Of a stretch of 64,000 bases of DNA, positions 48,026 to 57,230 are shown piece after piece. Every line of letters begins with the position of its first letter. Position 1 is the first letter of the stretch. The notes beneath the pieces were generated by a model, which searched no databases, had not been told where the DNA came from, and saw only the letters and a list, made by a program, of their open reading frames with translations. Made by a program: the position numbers and the translations under genes. Origin of the DNA: Candidatus Enterenecus sp. (GTDB lineage: Bacteria; Bacillota; Clostridia; Oscillospirales; Oscillospiraceae); assembly GCA_051886935.1 (NCBI GenBank), contig JBJEYO010000004.1, positions 9,634 to 73,633 of the forward strand, in the 5' to 3' direction.

Positions 48026-48211
48026 TTACATCTCCATCTCAAATACCAGGTCCATGTCTTTGATCTTGCCGTAATCGCTGATGTCAGTGGGAATGAAGCC
48101 CACATAGCTCCAGCCCCGGGCGGCATACTGGTCGATGATTTCCCGGTGCTCCTCAGACTTGGCACCGCAGAACTTCCCGATATGGACGGATACATACTCA
48201 TATTTTTTCAT
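48026..48211 (-). CDS. Small DUF4177-like protein
   Basis: 61 aa, MKKYEYVSV...IIDQYAARGWSYVG...LVFE; GGGAGGTG SD. Confidence 0.75.
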   Translation of the reverse strand: MKKYEYVSVHIGKFCGAKSEEHREIIDQYAARGWSYVGFIPTDISDYGKIKDMDLVFEMEM

Positions 48212-48235
48212 TGAAGTGCACCTCCCTTTGAGCCT

Positions 48236-48266
48236 ATGATATACCTTCCACAAGGTGGAATGTCAA
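48236..48266 (-). promoter_or_regulatory. MerR-type promoter/operator (19-bp spacer with dyad)
   Basis: Minus strand TTGACA-TTCCACCTTGTGGAAGGTA-TATCAT; dyad ACaTTCC-N7-GGAAGGT. Confidence 0.7.
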
Positions 48267-48270
48267 GGGC

Positions 48271-49443
48271 TCAGCGCTGGAACATGATCTTCTCGCTGCG
48301 GAACATCCGGGTCAGCAGGAACACGCCCGCCCCGGTGAACGCCAGATTGGAGAGAATGGTCAGAATGAGCCGGGCGGGGACCATCTGGAAGGAGAAAATG
48401 CCCACCATGGCCTGGACGCTGTTATAGATGGGGATCAGGTACATGGGCAGGCGCTCCTGGGGGCCGCCGCCGAACATGGCGGTGACGCCCACCAGGGTGG
48501 ACACGATCATCAGGGGGGTGATGTAGGTCTGGGCCTCCTTGATGCTTTTGGCGAAGGCGGACACCACCGAGATGGCCGCCACGATGAGCAGCACGGTGGA
48601 CAGGATGATCACCGTCAGGGCCAGGTAGTGGGCCGGCCCGTAGGGCACGGTGATGTCGCCCCCCAGGGCCATGAGCTTGGGCAGGGAGGCCAGGGTGCCG
48701 ATGGTGCTGGAGGCGCCGGCCAGCAGGGCGATGATGGACAGGGCGCAGATCTTGCCCAGGGCCAGGTGGCTGCGCTTCAACGGCGTGACCAGCAGGGTGG
48801 CAATGGTGCCCCGCTCCTTCTCCCCGGCGATGGACTCAGGGGCCACCGACATGCAGCCGGAGAACAGGAACATCATCAGCAGCATGGGCAGCATGGAGGC
48901 AAAGAGGGTGCCGGCGGTGTCCTCCTCCGTGGCCAGGTCGTAGCCCTCGCCGCCGGGGTTCACGTCGAATTTATTGGCCAGGGCGCTCTCGTAGCTGTCC
49001 AGCAGGGCGGACATGATCTGATAGGCGGTGGAGGAGTCGGTGTCGGCGGAGTTGTAATACAGCTCCACGGCGGGGGCGGGCTGGCCGGAGGCGGGGGAGT
49101 AGGCGGCGGCCAGGGCGTCAAAGTCCTCGGGGAACACCACCAGGGCGTGGAGCTCCTTGTCCGTCACCAGGGCCTTGGCGGCCTCAATGTCCTCCGCGGG
49201 GGAAAATTCCACGCCGGCCTCCGCCCCCAGGGCGGCGATGGAGCCGGGCAGGCCCACGGCCTGCACCCGGGGGACAAAGTCGTCGGAGACGGAGAACTGC
49301 TTGGAAAAGGCGTCGCCCATGAAGGAGTACAGCACAAAGATGAGCAGGCCGGGGAGCAGCACGGTGGTCAGGGCCATGCGCCGGTCCCCGAAGAACCGGG
49401 CCAGCTCCTTGCGGAAAATGGTGATGAAACCGCTCTTTTTCAT
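48271..49443 (-). CDS. ABC-2 type permease (NatB-like)
   Basis: IFRKEL..FFGDRR, ESIAGEKERGTIATLLVTP, LGK, KSIKEAQ, IPIYN. Confidence 0.87.
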   Translation of the reverse strand: MKKSGFITIFRKELARFFGDRRMALTTVLLPGLLIFVLYSFMGDAFSKQFSVSDDFVPRVQAVGLPGSIAALGAEAGVEFSPAEDIEAAKALVTDKELHALVVFPEDFDALAAAYSPASGQPAPAVELYYNSADTDSSTAYQIMSALLDSYESALANKFDVNPGGEGYDLATEEDTAGTLFASMLPMLLMMFLFSGCMSVAPESIAGEKERGTIATLLVTPLKRSHLALGKICALSIIALLAGASSTIGTLASLPKLMALGGDITVPYGPAHYLALTVIILSTVLLIVAAISVVSAFAKSIKEAQTYITPLMIVSTLVGVTAMFGGGPQERLPMYLIPIYNSVQAMVGIFSFQMVPARLILTILSNLAFTGAGVFLLTRMFRSEKIMFQR

Positions 49444-50216
49444 GCCGGCTCACCCACTTTCTCCGCGTAGAGGTCGAAGAACCGGTCCTCCAGGCTCTTG
49501 CCGCAACGCACTTCGTCCAGGGTGCCGCAGGCGGTCATTCTGCCGTCGATGATGACGCCCACCCGGTCGCACAGGGACTCCACCAGGGAGAAGATGTGGG
49601 TGGACAGCAGGATGGTCTTGCCCTGGTCCCGCAGCTCCCGCAGGAAGTCGGTGACAGTGCGGGCGGTGATGACGTCCAGGCCGTTGGTGGGCTCGTCAAA
49701 GATGATGATGTCCGGGTCGTGGACGATGGATACCACCAGGGACACCTTCTGCTTCATGCCGGTGGACAGGTCGGCCACCTTTACCTCGGCGAATTTGTCG
49801 ATGCCGAACCGGGCGAACAGGGCCTGCTTCCGGGCGGCCCGGGCTTCGGCGGGGACCTGATGAAGGTCGGAGAAGAAGTCGAACAGGTAGTTTGGGGTGA
49901 AGAAGTCCTCCAGCTTCAGCTCGCTGGTGAGAAAGCCGATGCGGGCGCGCACCTCATCGGGCTGGGTGACGATGCTGCACCCGTCCACCAGGGCGTCCCC
50001 CTCGTCAGGGCGAATCAGGCAGGCGAGCAGGCGCAGGGTGGTGGTCTTGCCGGCGCCGTTGGGGCCCAGCAGGCCGAAGATCTCCCCCCGGCGGGCGGTG
50101 AAGGACAGGTCGTCCACCGCGGTCTTGGTCTTGCATTTGGTCTTCTCCAGCTTTTGCTGCCTGGAGGACAGCCGGAAGGTCTTTTTCAGACCCCGGACTT
50201 CCAGAATATCAGACAT
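49440..50216 (-). CDS. ABC transporter ATP-binding protein (NatA-like)
   Basis: GPNGAGKTT, LSTGMKQK, FDEPTNGLD. Confidence 0.92.
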   Translation of the reverse strand: MSDILEVRGLKKTFRLSSRQQKLEKTKCKTKTAVDDLSFTARRGEIFGLLGPNGAGKTTTLRLLACLIRPDEGDALVDGCSIVTQPDEVRARIGFLTSELKLEDFFTPNYLFDFFSDLHQVPAEARAARKQALFARFGIDKFAEVKVADLSTGMKQKVSLVVSIVHDPDIIIFDEPTNGLDVITARTVTDFLRELRDQGKTILLSTHIFSLVESLCDRVGVIIDGRMTACGTLDEVRCGKSLEDRFFDLYAEKVGEPA

Positions 50217-51072
50217 TATAATTCTCCTCTCGGATGGGATGGACGCGGAACAGGGCGGCCAGTCCGCGGCGGGCCAGGATACAGACCACGACGCCCGCCA
50301 GGGCCAGGCTGAACAGCAGGGACAGGGCGTTGGGACTGTCCTCCAGCAGGGTCATGAGCTGGCCGATGCCGTTGAAGATGAAGTGGGCCAGCATGGAGGG
50401 CAGGATGGAGCCGGAGCGGTGGGCCATCAGGCCGAAGATCAGGCCCAGGGTAAAGGCGTAGGCGATCCATACCGCCTGGCCGTGGCACAGGCCGAACACC
50501 AGGGCGGAGAGCACCACCGCCAGCCAGCCGGGCATGGCCCGCTTCAGCCGGGACAGAATCAGCCCCCGGAAGACCACCTCCTCCGCGATGGGGGCGGCCA
50601 CCACGGTGGCCAGAATGGTGGCCAGGCCGTTCTCGTTGAGGGCGGCGGAGGCCTCGGCGTAGCTCTCCAGCCACGCCTCGGGCAGCAGGGCCAGCACAAA
50701 GGTCACCAGCAGGTACAGAATGGGGGCCAGCCCGGCGGCCGCCGCGGTCATGGACAGGGGGGCGGGGGCGATCCCCACCTCCCGCAGGGGATTTTTGCGC
50801 CGCAGCAGGAAAAAGGCGGTGAGCAGAATGAGCACGGCCAGGTCGGAAATGAGGGAGATCTGTCCCGTGCAGGCGAAGACCAGGTCCATGATCTGGTCGA
50901 TCAGGATGATGGGGTCCAGCCCGCCCTGGCCCAGCCCCACATAGAGGGCGGCGGCCAGGGAGTAGACCAGGCTTACCGCCATCTGGCAGGCCAGAAAGAG
51001 CAGGAGATAGCACAGGGACTTGCCCAGAGCGGCCAGAACGGCCGCGGCGGAGGAACGCTTTTTTTCTTCCAT
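50209..51072 (-). CDS. CPBP/CAAX-family (Abi) intramembrane metalloprotease
   Basis: APIAEEVVFRG, FGLCH, HFIFN. Confidence 0.9.
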   Translation of the reverse strand: MEEKKRSSAAAVLAALGKSLCYLLLFLACQMAVSLVYSLAAALYVGLGQGGLDPIILIDQIMDLVFACTGQISLISDLAVLILLTAFFLLRRKNPLREVGIAPAPLSMTAAAAGLAPILYLLVTFVLALLPEAWLESYAEASAALNENGLATILATVVAAPIAEEVVFRGLILSRLKRAMPGWLAVVLSALVFGLCHGQAVWIAYAFTLGLIFGLMAHRSGSILPSMLAHFIFNGIGQLMTLLEDSPNALSLLFSLALAGVVVCILARRGLAALFRVHPIREENYNV

Positions 51073-51083
51073 TTCAGTCTCCT

Positions 51084-51878
51084 TTACAGCGCGGGGCAGC
51101 CGGGCCTGGACAGCTTGATGGCCCAGTAGTTGTAGACCGAGGCGGACACGCCCCAGACGATGCAGATCACCAGCACGGGCAAAAAGCCGGTGTTCAGGAA
51201 CATGGCGGAGATGGTGAAGATCATCCACAGGGCGAGGCAGGTGGAGTTGACGGCGGTGTAGGCCTTGTAGGCGCAGCGGCCGATCATTAGCTTTTCCGCC
51301 TCGTCACAGCTGGCCAGCCATTTTTTCCGGAACCCCAGGTCGTACACCGAGCCGTCCTTCTCCGGGGCCATGCGCTTGGTCAGATCCACGAACCGCCGCT
51401 CCAGCATGATGCCATCCACCAGGCCGATCATAAAGGCGGCCAGGGAGAGGAGAAAGAACGGGGACTTTTCCTCCTTGATATAGGGGAAGGCGCCGGAGAA
51501 CACGGCGGCGAACAGGAAGAAGATCGCCACGTTGAACAGCACGTTGATCCACTGGGCCACGGAGACCTTGCGGTCAACGCGCTCCTGGGCGGTCTCGTCC
51601 TCTCCGTCCCAGCCGGCCAGAATCCCCTTGGCGGAGAAGTACATGGGCACGCACACCGCCGGGCGCAGCACGGCGCAGGCCAGCAGCAGCCAGGGCGCCC
51701 AATACCGGGCAAAGGCGCTCCCCGCGGCGGCCAGACTCTGCCCCAGCTGATCCAGCCCGAACCAGGCGGCGCAGAACCCCACCACGCCGCCCACCAGGCC
51801 GCAGAGCAGGGTAAAGAGAATGAATTTGGGAAAGGCCTTGCGGTTGGCCTGTTTGATGGAATCATTGTTGGTAGTCAT
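51084..51878 (-). CDS. DUF3169-family membrane protein
   Basis: About 6 TM segments, PEK.G...W..SCDEAEK..I...AYKAY; follows a small XRE gene. Confidence 0.78.
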   Translation of the reverse strand: MTTNNDSIKQANRKAFPKFILFTLLCGLVGGVVGFCAAWFGLDQLGQSLAAAGSAFARYWAPWLLLACAVLRPAVCVPMYFSAKGILAGWDGEDETAQERVDRKVSVAQWINVLFNVAIFFLFAAVFSGAFPYIKEEKSPFFLLSLAAFMIGLVDGIMLERRFVDLTKRMAPEKDGSVYDLGFRKKWLASCDEAEKLMIGRCAYKAYTAVNSTCLALWMIFTISAMFLNTGFLPVLVICIVWGVSASVYNYWAIKLSRPGCPAL

Positions 51879-51881
51879 CGT

Positions 51882-52085
51882 TCAGTCCTCCTCCAGGATA
51901 AAAATGTCCTCCACGGCGGCGCCGCAGATGCGGGCCAGGGTCAGCGCCAACGTCACCGACGGGGAGTAGTCCCCCCGCTCGATGAGGCTGATGGTCTGGC
52001 GGGACACCCCCGCCAGACGGCCCAGCTCCTGCTGGTTCACCCCCAGGGCCGCCCGGTACTCCTTCAGACGATTGCGGAGCTTCAT
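51882..52085 (-). CDS. Small XRE-family HTH regulator
   Basis: 67 aa, NRLKEYR...NQQELGRLAGVSRQTISLIERGDYSPS. Confidence 0.92.
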   Translation of the reverse strand: MKLRNRLKEYRAALGVNQQELGRLAGVSRQTISLIERGDYSPSVTLALTLARICGAAVEDIFILEED

Positions 52086-52105
52086 AAAACACCTCCGAAC
52101 TCCAT

Positions 52106-52180
52106 GTGACAAAAAAAGTTTGCAAATTGACAAATAAAGTTGTCAAACCGTATGATAGCATTGACAAGGAAAGTTGTCAA
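52106..52180 (-). promoter_or_regulatory. Three 20-bp palindromic operators overlapping the XRE operon promoter
   Basis: GTGACAA-AAAAAG-TTTGCAA (52106), TTGACAA-ATAAAG-TTGTCAA (52127), TTGACAA-GGAAAG-TTGTCAA (52161). Minus-strand TTGACA-N17-TATCAT at 52180-52152. Confidence 0.8.
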
Positions 52181-52282
52181 CAGGAAAATGAAAAAAGAGG
52201 AATTTTCCCGGCGGCCTTGCCAAGCCGCCCGGCGGTGAGTAAAATGGAGAAAACACGCCGTCCCGCCGGAAAGGAGCCCCCC

Positions 52283-53554
52283 ATGAAACGACGCGCCCTC
52301 CCCATCCTGATCATCGCCGCCCTGCTGGCGGCGGTGTGCTCTGTCGGGCCCGCCGGGGACCCCGCTCCCCGGTTTGCCGACCTGGAGCCGGAGGACGGGC
52401 TCTACCCCTACCTGGCGGAGCTGATCCGGGCGGGGGTGCTGGAGGGCGGCCAGGGGGAGACCTTCGGCCCGGACCAGCCTGTGGGCTGGCGGGAGGCGGT
52501 CACCCTGCTGCTGCGCGCCCTGGGGGCGGAGTGGAGCGGCGACCCGGGAGCGGCGGCGGTGGAGTATAAGCTGCTCTACACCTTTGACGGCGCCTGGCCG
52601 TCGGGCGGTCCCACCCGGCTGGAAGCGGCCCGGATGGCCGCCCGGGGGCTGGAGCTGCTGCCCTTTGCCGGGGAGAGCCCCTATTCCGACTGCGATGACG
52701 GCTATGTGGTCAAGCTGTACGAGAGGGGCCTGCTGGAGGAGGAGACCGAGTTCCGCCCGGACGACCCGCTGACCCGGGGGGAGCTGGCCATGCTGGCCTG
52801 GCATGTCATGGAGGCCGATGTGTCCGGCGGGGCCTTCCGTTACAGCAACTACTGGGTGGAGACCCTGGCGGAAGTGCCCGCCTTCGGCTATGACACGGCG
52901 GCCTTCCGGTGGGAGGAGGACAGGCCAACCTACACCGGGGCGGGCTATGCCGCTCTGCTGGGTGTGGATGTGTCCGGCTATCAGGGGGACATCGACTGGC
53001 AGGCGGTGAAGGCCGACGGGGTGGACTTCGCCCTCATCCGGGTGGGCGGCCGGTTCATCAACTCCGGCGGGCTGTACGATGACAGCTATTTTGAGAAAAA
53101 TGTGGAGGGCGCCCTGGCCGCCGGCTTGCGGGTGGGGGTGTACTTCTTCTCCCAGGCCGTCAATGAGGAGGAGGGCCTGGAGGAGGCGGAGTATGTGCTG
53201 GAGCGTATCCGGGACTACGACATCACCATGCCCGTCATCATCGACTGGGAGTACCTGGGGGGCAGCGACGCCCGCACCTACGGCGTGGAGCCGGCGGAGA
53301 TCACCGACGGCGTGGCGGCCTTCTGCCGCCGGGTGGCGGACGCGGGCTACCAGCCCATGGTGTACTTCAACTCCTACTGCGGCTACATCAAGATGGACCT
53401 GCGGCGGCTGGCGGACTGGGGTTTCTGGTTTGCCCAGTACACCGAGGTGCCCTCATTCGCCTACCACTTCTCCATGTGGCAGTACACCAACAAGGGGCAG
53501 GTGGACGGTATCTCCGGCGATGTGGATATGAATTTGTATTTTATGGCGGAATGA
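52283..53554 (+). CDS. Secreted SLH-domain GH25 muramidase
   Basis: Signal peptide, SLH-like motifs (FGPDQPV..RE, FRPDDPLTRGE), GVDVSGYQGDIDW, GVYFFSQA, IDWE, WQYT..G.VDGI..DVDMN. Confidence 0.9.
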   Translation: MKRRALPILIIAALLAAVCSVGPAGDPAPRFADLEPEDGLYPYLAELIRAGVLEGGQGETFGPDQPVGWREAVTLLLRALGAEWSGDPGAAAVEYKLLYTFDGAWPSGGPTRLEAARMAARGLELLPFAGESPYSDCDDGYVVKLYERGLLEEETEFRPDDPLTRGELAMLAWHVMEADVSGGAFRYSNYWVETLAEVPAFGYDTAAFRWEEDRPTYTGAGYAALLGVDVSGYQGDIDWQAVKADGVDFALIRVGGRFINSGGLYDDSYFEKNVEGALAAGLRVGVYFFSQAVNEEEGLEEAEYVLERIRDYDITMPVIIDWEYLGGSDARTYGVEPAEITDGVAAFCRRVADAGYQPMVYFNSYCGYIKMDLRRLADWGFWFAQYTEVPSFAYHFSMWQYTNKGQVDGISGDVDMNLYFMAE

Positions 53555-53586
53555 AACGCGGCCCTCCGGGGCGGAGGGCCGTGTTC
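53555..53586. terminator. Hairpin between convergent genes
   Basis: GGCCCTCCG-ggg-CGGAGGGCC core stem. Confidence 0.55.
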
Positions 53587-54079
53587 AGTCGTACAGCTTG
53601 TGCTCCACATAGCTTATCATGCGGTTACGCAGCGCCGCGTAGAGCAGGATACCGGCCAGGGGGCACAGCCCCACCAGCCACTTCAGCGGCGAAAGGCACA
53701 GTCCGGCGAAAAGAGCCGCGTACAGAACGGCGCAGAGCAGGAGCAGGGCGATGTGCTCCCGCAGCCACTTGCGCTTCCAGTAGCTTTCCCGCTCCCGGAG
53801 GGAGAACAGGGCGCCTTTGGAGGCGGCCACCAGGTTTTGGTCCGCCTGGACGCGGAAGCTGCCGTCATCCAGCCGCTGGCCGGCCAACAGCTCGTTGATG
53901 CTGACCTGAAACTGGTCGCTGAGCAGTTTGAGCATCTCCACATCGGGCAGGTAGTTGCCGTTCTCCCAGCGGGACACGGTCTTGTTGGTGACGCCCAGCC
54001 GCTGGCCCAGAGCCTGCTGGGTCAGGCCGGCCTCGCGGCGGAGCTGGGCGATGAAGGCGCCGATCTTCTGCTGATCCAT
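53585..54079 (-). CDS. XRE-family HTH regulator with two C-terminal TM helices
   Basis: MDQQKIGAFIAQLRRE.GLTQ..LG.RLGVTNKTVSRWENGNYLPD plus hydrophobic C-terminus. Confidence 0.88.
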   Translation of the reverse strand: MDQQKIGAFIAQLRREAGLTQQALGQRLGVTNKTVSRWENGNYLPDVEMLKLLSDQFQVSINELLAGQRLDDGSFRVQADQNLVAASKGALFSLRERESYWKRKWLREHIALLLLCAVLYAALFAGLCLSPLKWLVGLCPLAGILLYAALRNRMISYVEHKLYD

Positions 54080-54240
54080 GGGGGACCCCTCCTTTGCTTC
54101 CCACAGCATACCACATTTTTGTCCCCGTGTCCTCCCCACAGATGGCGAATTGGGTTGGACACGGGGAGGAGGGCCCATATTTAGCGGTTGTCATTTTACT
54201 GCCTTTCATGTAAAATAAAAGTCTGACCAAATGAGAGAGG

Positions 54241-55206
54241 GTGAGTTCCGTGTCCGCGCTGCTGCTGCCCAATGAGATACTGTCCATGTCGGCCCAGGCC
54301 GCCCGGCGGCTGGTGGAGGCGGGGGACGGGGACTGCGCCCTGCTGTACCTGGCCCTGCTGGAGCGGGGGGACCCGGGCAAGGCCCAGGCCGCCCTCCACT
54401 GGGGACAGGCCCGGCTGGACTCGGCCTATCAGCGGCTGGTGAAATTGGAACTGGCCCCGGCGGACAGCGCCCCCGCCCCGGCCCGGACCGCCCCGGAGGA
54501 GCCGCTGCCTCAGTACAGCCGCGGTGACATCTTGGCGGCCATGGAGCGGGAGCCGGAGTTCTCCGGCCTCTACCGGGAGGTGGAGCGGCTGCTGGGCCGC
54601 ACCCTAACGGACAACGACCTGCGGGAGCTGTATACCATCTACGACGGGCTGGCCATGCCCTCCGAGGTGGTGCTGCTGCTGGTGGGCTATATGATCCACA
54701 CCGTCCGCCGCCAGGAGGGGAAGGAGGGGGCCGTTCCCCGTATGCCCCAGATCCGGCGGGAGGCCTTCCGCTGGAAGCGGCTGGGGCTGGACACCGCCGA
54801 GGCGGCGGAGGAATACCTCCGCCGGGAGCAGCAGGTGGACAGACGGGAGTGGAACATCCTGTCCGCGGTGGGAGTGACCAAATACCGGCCCGCGGTGGAG
54901 AAGGAACGGGGGTATATTGCCAGCTGGGTGGAGCTTGGGTTCAGCGACGAGCTCATCCGCATGGCCTATGAGAACACCGTGTACCACAAGGGCCAGATGA
55001 ACTGGCCGTACATGAACAAGATTCTGCTGTCCTGGCACCAGGCGGGCTGGCGCACCCCCGAGCAGGTGAAGGCCAACGACCGGCCGGCCAAGCGCTCCGC
55101 CCCGGCCAGGGGCGGGCAGCAGGACTACCAGCCCAGCGCCGAGCGCATTCAGAAGAGCGCCGACTGGCTGGATGAATTTCTGGAGAAACAGAAGAAAGGC
55201 AGGTGA
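54241..55206 (+). CDS. DnaD-domain replication protein
   Basis: Two DnaD-like repeats (VERLLGRTL..., YMNKILLSW..AGWRT.EQV); paired with a DnaC-like ATPase. Confidence 0.8.
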   Translation: MSSVSALLLPNEILSMSAQAARRLVEAGDGDCALLYLALLERGDPGKAQAALHWGQARLDSAYQRLVKLELAPADSAPAPARTAPEEPLPQYSRGDILAAMEREPEFSGLYREVERLLGRTLTDNDLRELYTIYDGLAMPSEVVLLLVGYMIHTVRRQEGKEGAVPRMPQIRREAFRWKRLGLDTAEAAEEYLRREQQVDRREWNILSAVGVTKYRPAVEKERGYIASWVELGFSDELIRMAYENTVYHKGQMNWPYMNKILLSWHQAGWRTPEQVKANDRPAKRSAPARGGQQDYQPSAERIQKSADWLDEFLEKQKKGR

Positions 55207-55211
55207 CCTCC

Positions 55212-56213
55212 ATGGCCTATGAACAGAGCGTGCTCCAGCGGGCCAACGCCCGGCTGCTCCGCCGCCGGGAGATCCGGGAGCGGAAGCGCTATGACCTGGA
55301 GCAGGAGCTGTACCGACGGGAGCCCCGGCTGAGGGAGCTGGACCGGGCCATCCGGGCCACCATGAGCGAGCTGGCCGGGCTGGCCATTTCCGGCAGGCCG
55401 GTGGAGGCCGGCGGGCCGGAGATCACCGCCATCCGGGAGAAAAATCTGGCCCTCCAGCAGGAGCGGGCCGCCCTGCTGAACCAGCTGGGCTATGAGGCCG
55501 ACGCCCTGGACGACAAGCCGGTCTGCCCCCTGTGCGGCGACACGGGCTGGGCGGGGACGGATATGTGCGCCTGCCTGAAGGAGCTGTGCGCCCAGGAGCA
55601 GATGAAGGCCCTGACCGCCCTGATGAGCCTGACCGACGAGCAGTCTTTCGACAACCTGCGGCTGGACGTGTACAGCGACGCGCCCTGGCAGGGCGGGCGC
55701 TCCCCCCGGGAGCATATGCGCCGGGTGGCGGCGGTGTGCGAGGGCTTCGCCCGGCAGTTTCCCGACTATCCGCTGAAGAACCTGCTGTTCTCCGGCGGCA
55801 CCGGCCTGGGCAAGACCTTCCTGTCCGGCTGCATCGCCCGGGAGGTGTCCCGGCGGGGGTATTCCGTGGTGTACGACACCGCCATCAACCTGTTCGCCGC
55901 CTTCGAGACCCGGCGGTTCACCCGGGACGCGGAGGAGGAGCGGCAGGCCAGGGGGGATACCAGGCGGTACCTCAACTGCGACCTGCTGATTCTGGACGAC
56001 CTGGGCAGTGAGCTGACCACCGCCCTGGTCCAGTCCAACCTGTACGAGGTGGTGAACAGCCGCCTTCAGGCCGACAAGCGCACCATTATCTCCACCAACC
56101 TGTCCATGGAGCACATCGCCCAGCGGTACACCCCCCAGATCGCCTCCCGCATCGGCGGGCTCTACCGGGAGCTGACCTTCTACGGCGACGACATCCGGCG
56201 CGGCCGGGACTGA
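55212..56213 (+). CDS. DnaC/DnaI-like helicase-loader ATPase with Zn finger
   Basis: CPLCGDTG...CAC, GGTGLGKTFL, LILDDLGSE, IISTNL, SRI. Confidence 0.87.
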   Translation: MAYEQSVLQRANARLLRRREIRERKRYDLEQELYRREPRLRELDRAIRATMSELAGLAISGRPVEAGGPEITAIREKNLALQQERAALLNQLGYEADALDDKPVCPLCGDTGWAGTDMCACLKELCAQEQMKALTALMSLTDEQSFDNLRLDVYSDAPWQGGRSPREHMRRVAAVCEGFARQFPDYPLKNLLFSGGTGLGKTFLSGCIAREVSRRGYSVVYDTAINLFAAFETRRFTRDAEEERQARGDTRRYLNCDLLILDDLGSELTTALVQSNLYEVVNSRLQADKRTIISTNLSMEHIAQRYTPQIASRIGGLYRELTFYGDDIRRGRD

Positions 56214-56270
56214 GCTTACATATGCCGCGTCCGCCGCACAAGCGGGGTGGCGGGAAAGGCCTGAGAAAAC

Positions 56271-57074
56271 ATGAAGAAAGTATTGCTGATGGGCGGGACC
56301 GGGCTGGTAGGCAGGGCCATGGACCACAGCCTGCGGGACGCATACCGGGTGGTAGTCACGGCCGGACATCACGATGTGGACGGCGGCTGGAAGCTGACGG
56401 CGGAGGAGCCGGAGCGGCTGCTGCCGATCCTGGAGGCGGAGGACCCCGACATTGTGATCTCCTCCATCCGGGGGGATTTTCAGGCCCAGCTGCGCTTCCA
56501 CGCGGTGCTGGCGGACTGGCTGGCCGGGAAGGACAAGCGGCTGCTGTTCATCTCCACCGCCAATGTGTTTGACGGCGACCTGTCCCGCCCCTGGACGGAG
56601 GCGGACCCGCCTGTTCCCAAGTCCGATTACGGCGTTTACAAGCGGGACTGCGAGGCCATGTTGCGGGAGAAGCTGCCGGGCCAGGTGATCATCTTCCGCC
56701 TGGCGGCGGTCTGGGCGCCGGAGTGCCCCCGGCTGCGCAGGCTGAAAGAGGGCAGCCGCACGGGGGAGACCGTGCAGACCTATCAGGGGGACGCGGTGAA
56801 CATTTCCCTGGCCGAGCAGATCGGATGGTACGCAAGGTATGTGCTGGACCATGACCTCACCGGCGTATTCCATGTGGGGACCACGGACACCGTGGACTAC
56901 TATGAATTTGAGAAAATGGTCTGTGAAACGCTGAACATTCGCCTGCCAGAATTTGAGGTGACCCCCATCGGGGGCAATGCCGTTCAGGCGGTGGTCCCGG
57001 CGCGAAGGGAGATTCCCCAAAATCTCCAGCTGACGGTGGCCCAGGTGCTGCAGAGACTGGCGGAGCAGCTTTGA
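56271..57074 (+). CDS. RmlD-like NAD(P)-dependent sugar-nucleotide reductase/epimerase (extended SDR)
   Basis: GGTGLVG, FISTANVFDG, YGVYK (YxxxK). Confidence 0.8.
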   Translation: MKKVLLMGGTGLVGRAMDHSLRDAYRVVVTAGHHDVDGGWKLTAEEPERLLPILEAEDPDIVISSIRGDFQAQLRFHAVLADWLAGKDKRLLFISTANVFDGDLSRPWTEADPPVPKSDYGVYKRDCEAMLREKLPGQVIIFRLAAVWAPECPRLRRLKEGSRTGETVQTYQGDAVNISLAEQIGWYARYVLDHDLTGVFHVGTTDTVDYYEFEKMVCETLNIRLPEFEVTPIGGNAVQAVVPARREIPQNLQLTVAQVLQRLAEQL

Positions 57075-57094
57075 CAAAAAGACACAGAGAGAAC

Positions 57095-57141
57095 GATCGG
57101 CGTCCGTATGTCACCGGCATACGGACGCTGATTTATTTTTT
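57095..57141 (+). terminator. Intrinsic terminator
   Basis: ATCGGCGTCCGTATG...CATACGGACGCTGAT followed by a T-rich tail. Confidence 0.75.
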
Positions 57142-57151
57142 GCCCGCCCCC

Positions 57152-57207
57152 TTGATTTTTGCTTTTACACGGTGTATAGTTGCAAATGCAACGGTTGCAG
57201 AAGCAAC
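57152..57207 (+). promoter_or_regulatory. Sigma-A promoter with tandem MarR-type operators
   Basis: TTGATT-N17-TATAGT; GTTGC-AAAT-GCAAC (57179-57192) and GTTGC-AGAA-GCAAC (57194-57207). Confidence 0.75.
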
Positions 57208-57230
57208 GATTTTGGAGAGGAGGCGCGGAA

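Noticed and set aside
53585-56213. XRE + DnaD + DnaC as a prophage/ICE replication module, with GH25 as an endolysin
   Set aside because: No integrase, structural or holin genes. The GH25 has a signal peptide and SLH motifs, and DnaD plus a Zn-finger DnaC-like pair is a normal clostridial chromosomal locus.
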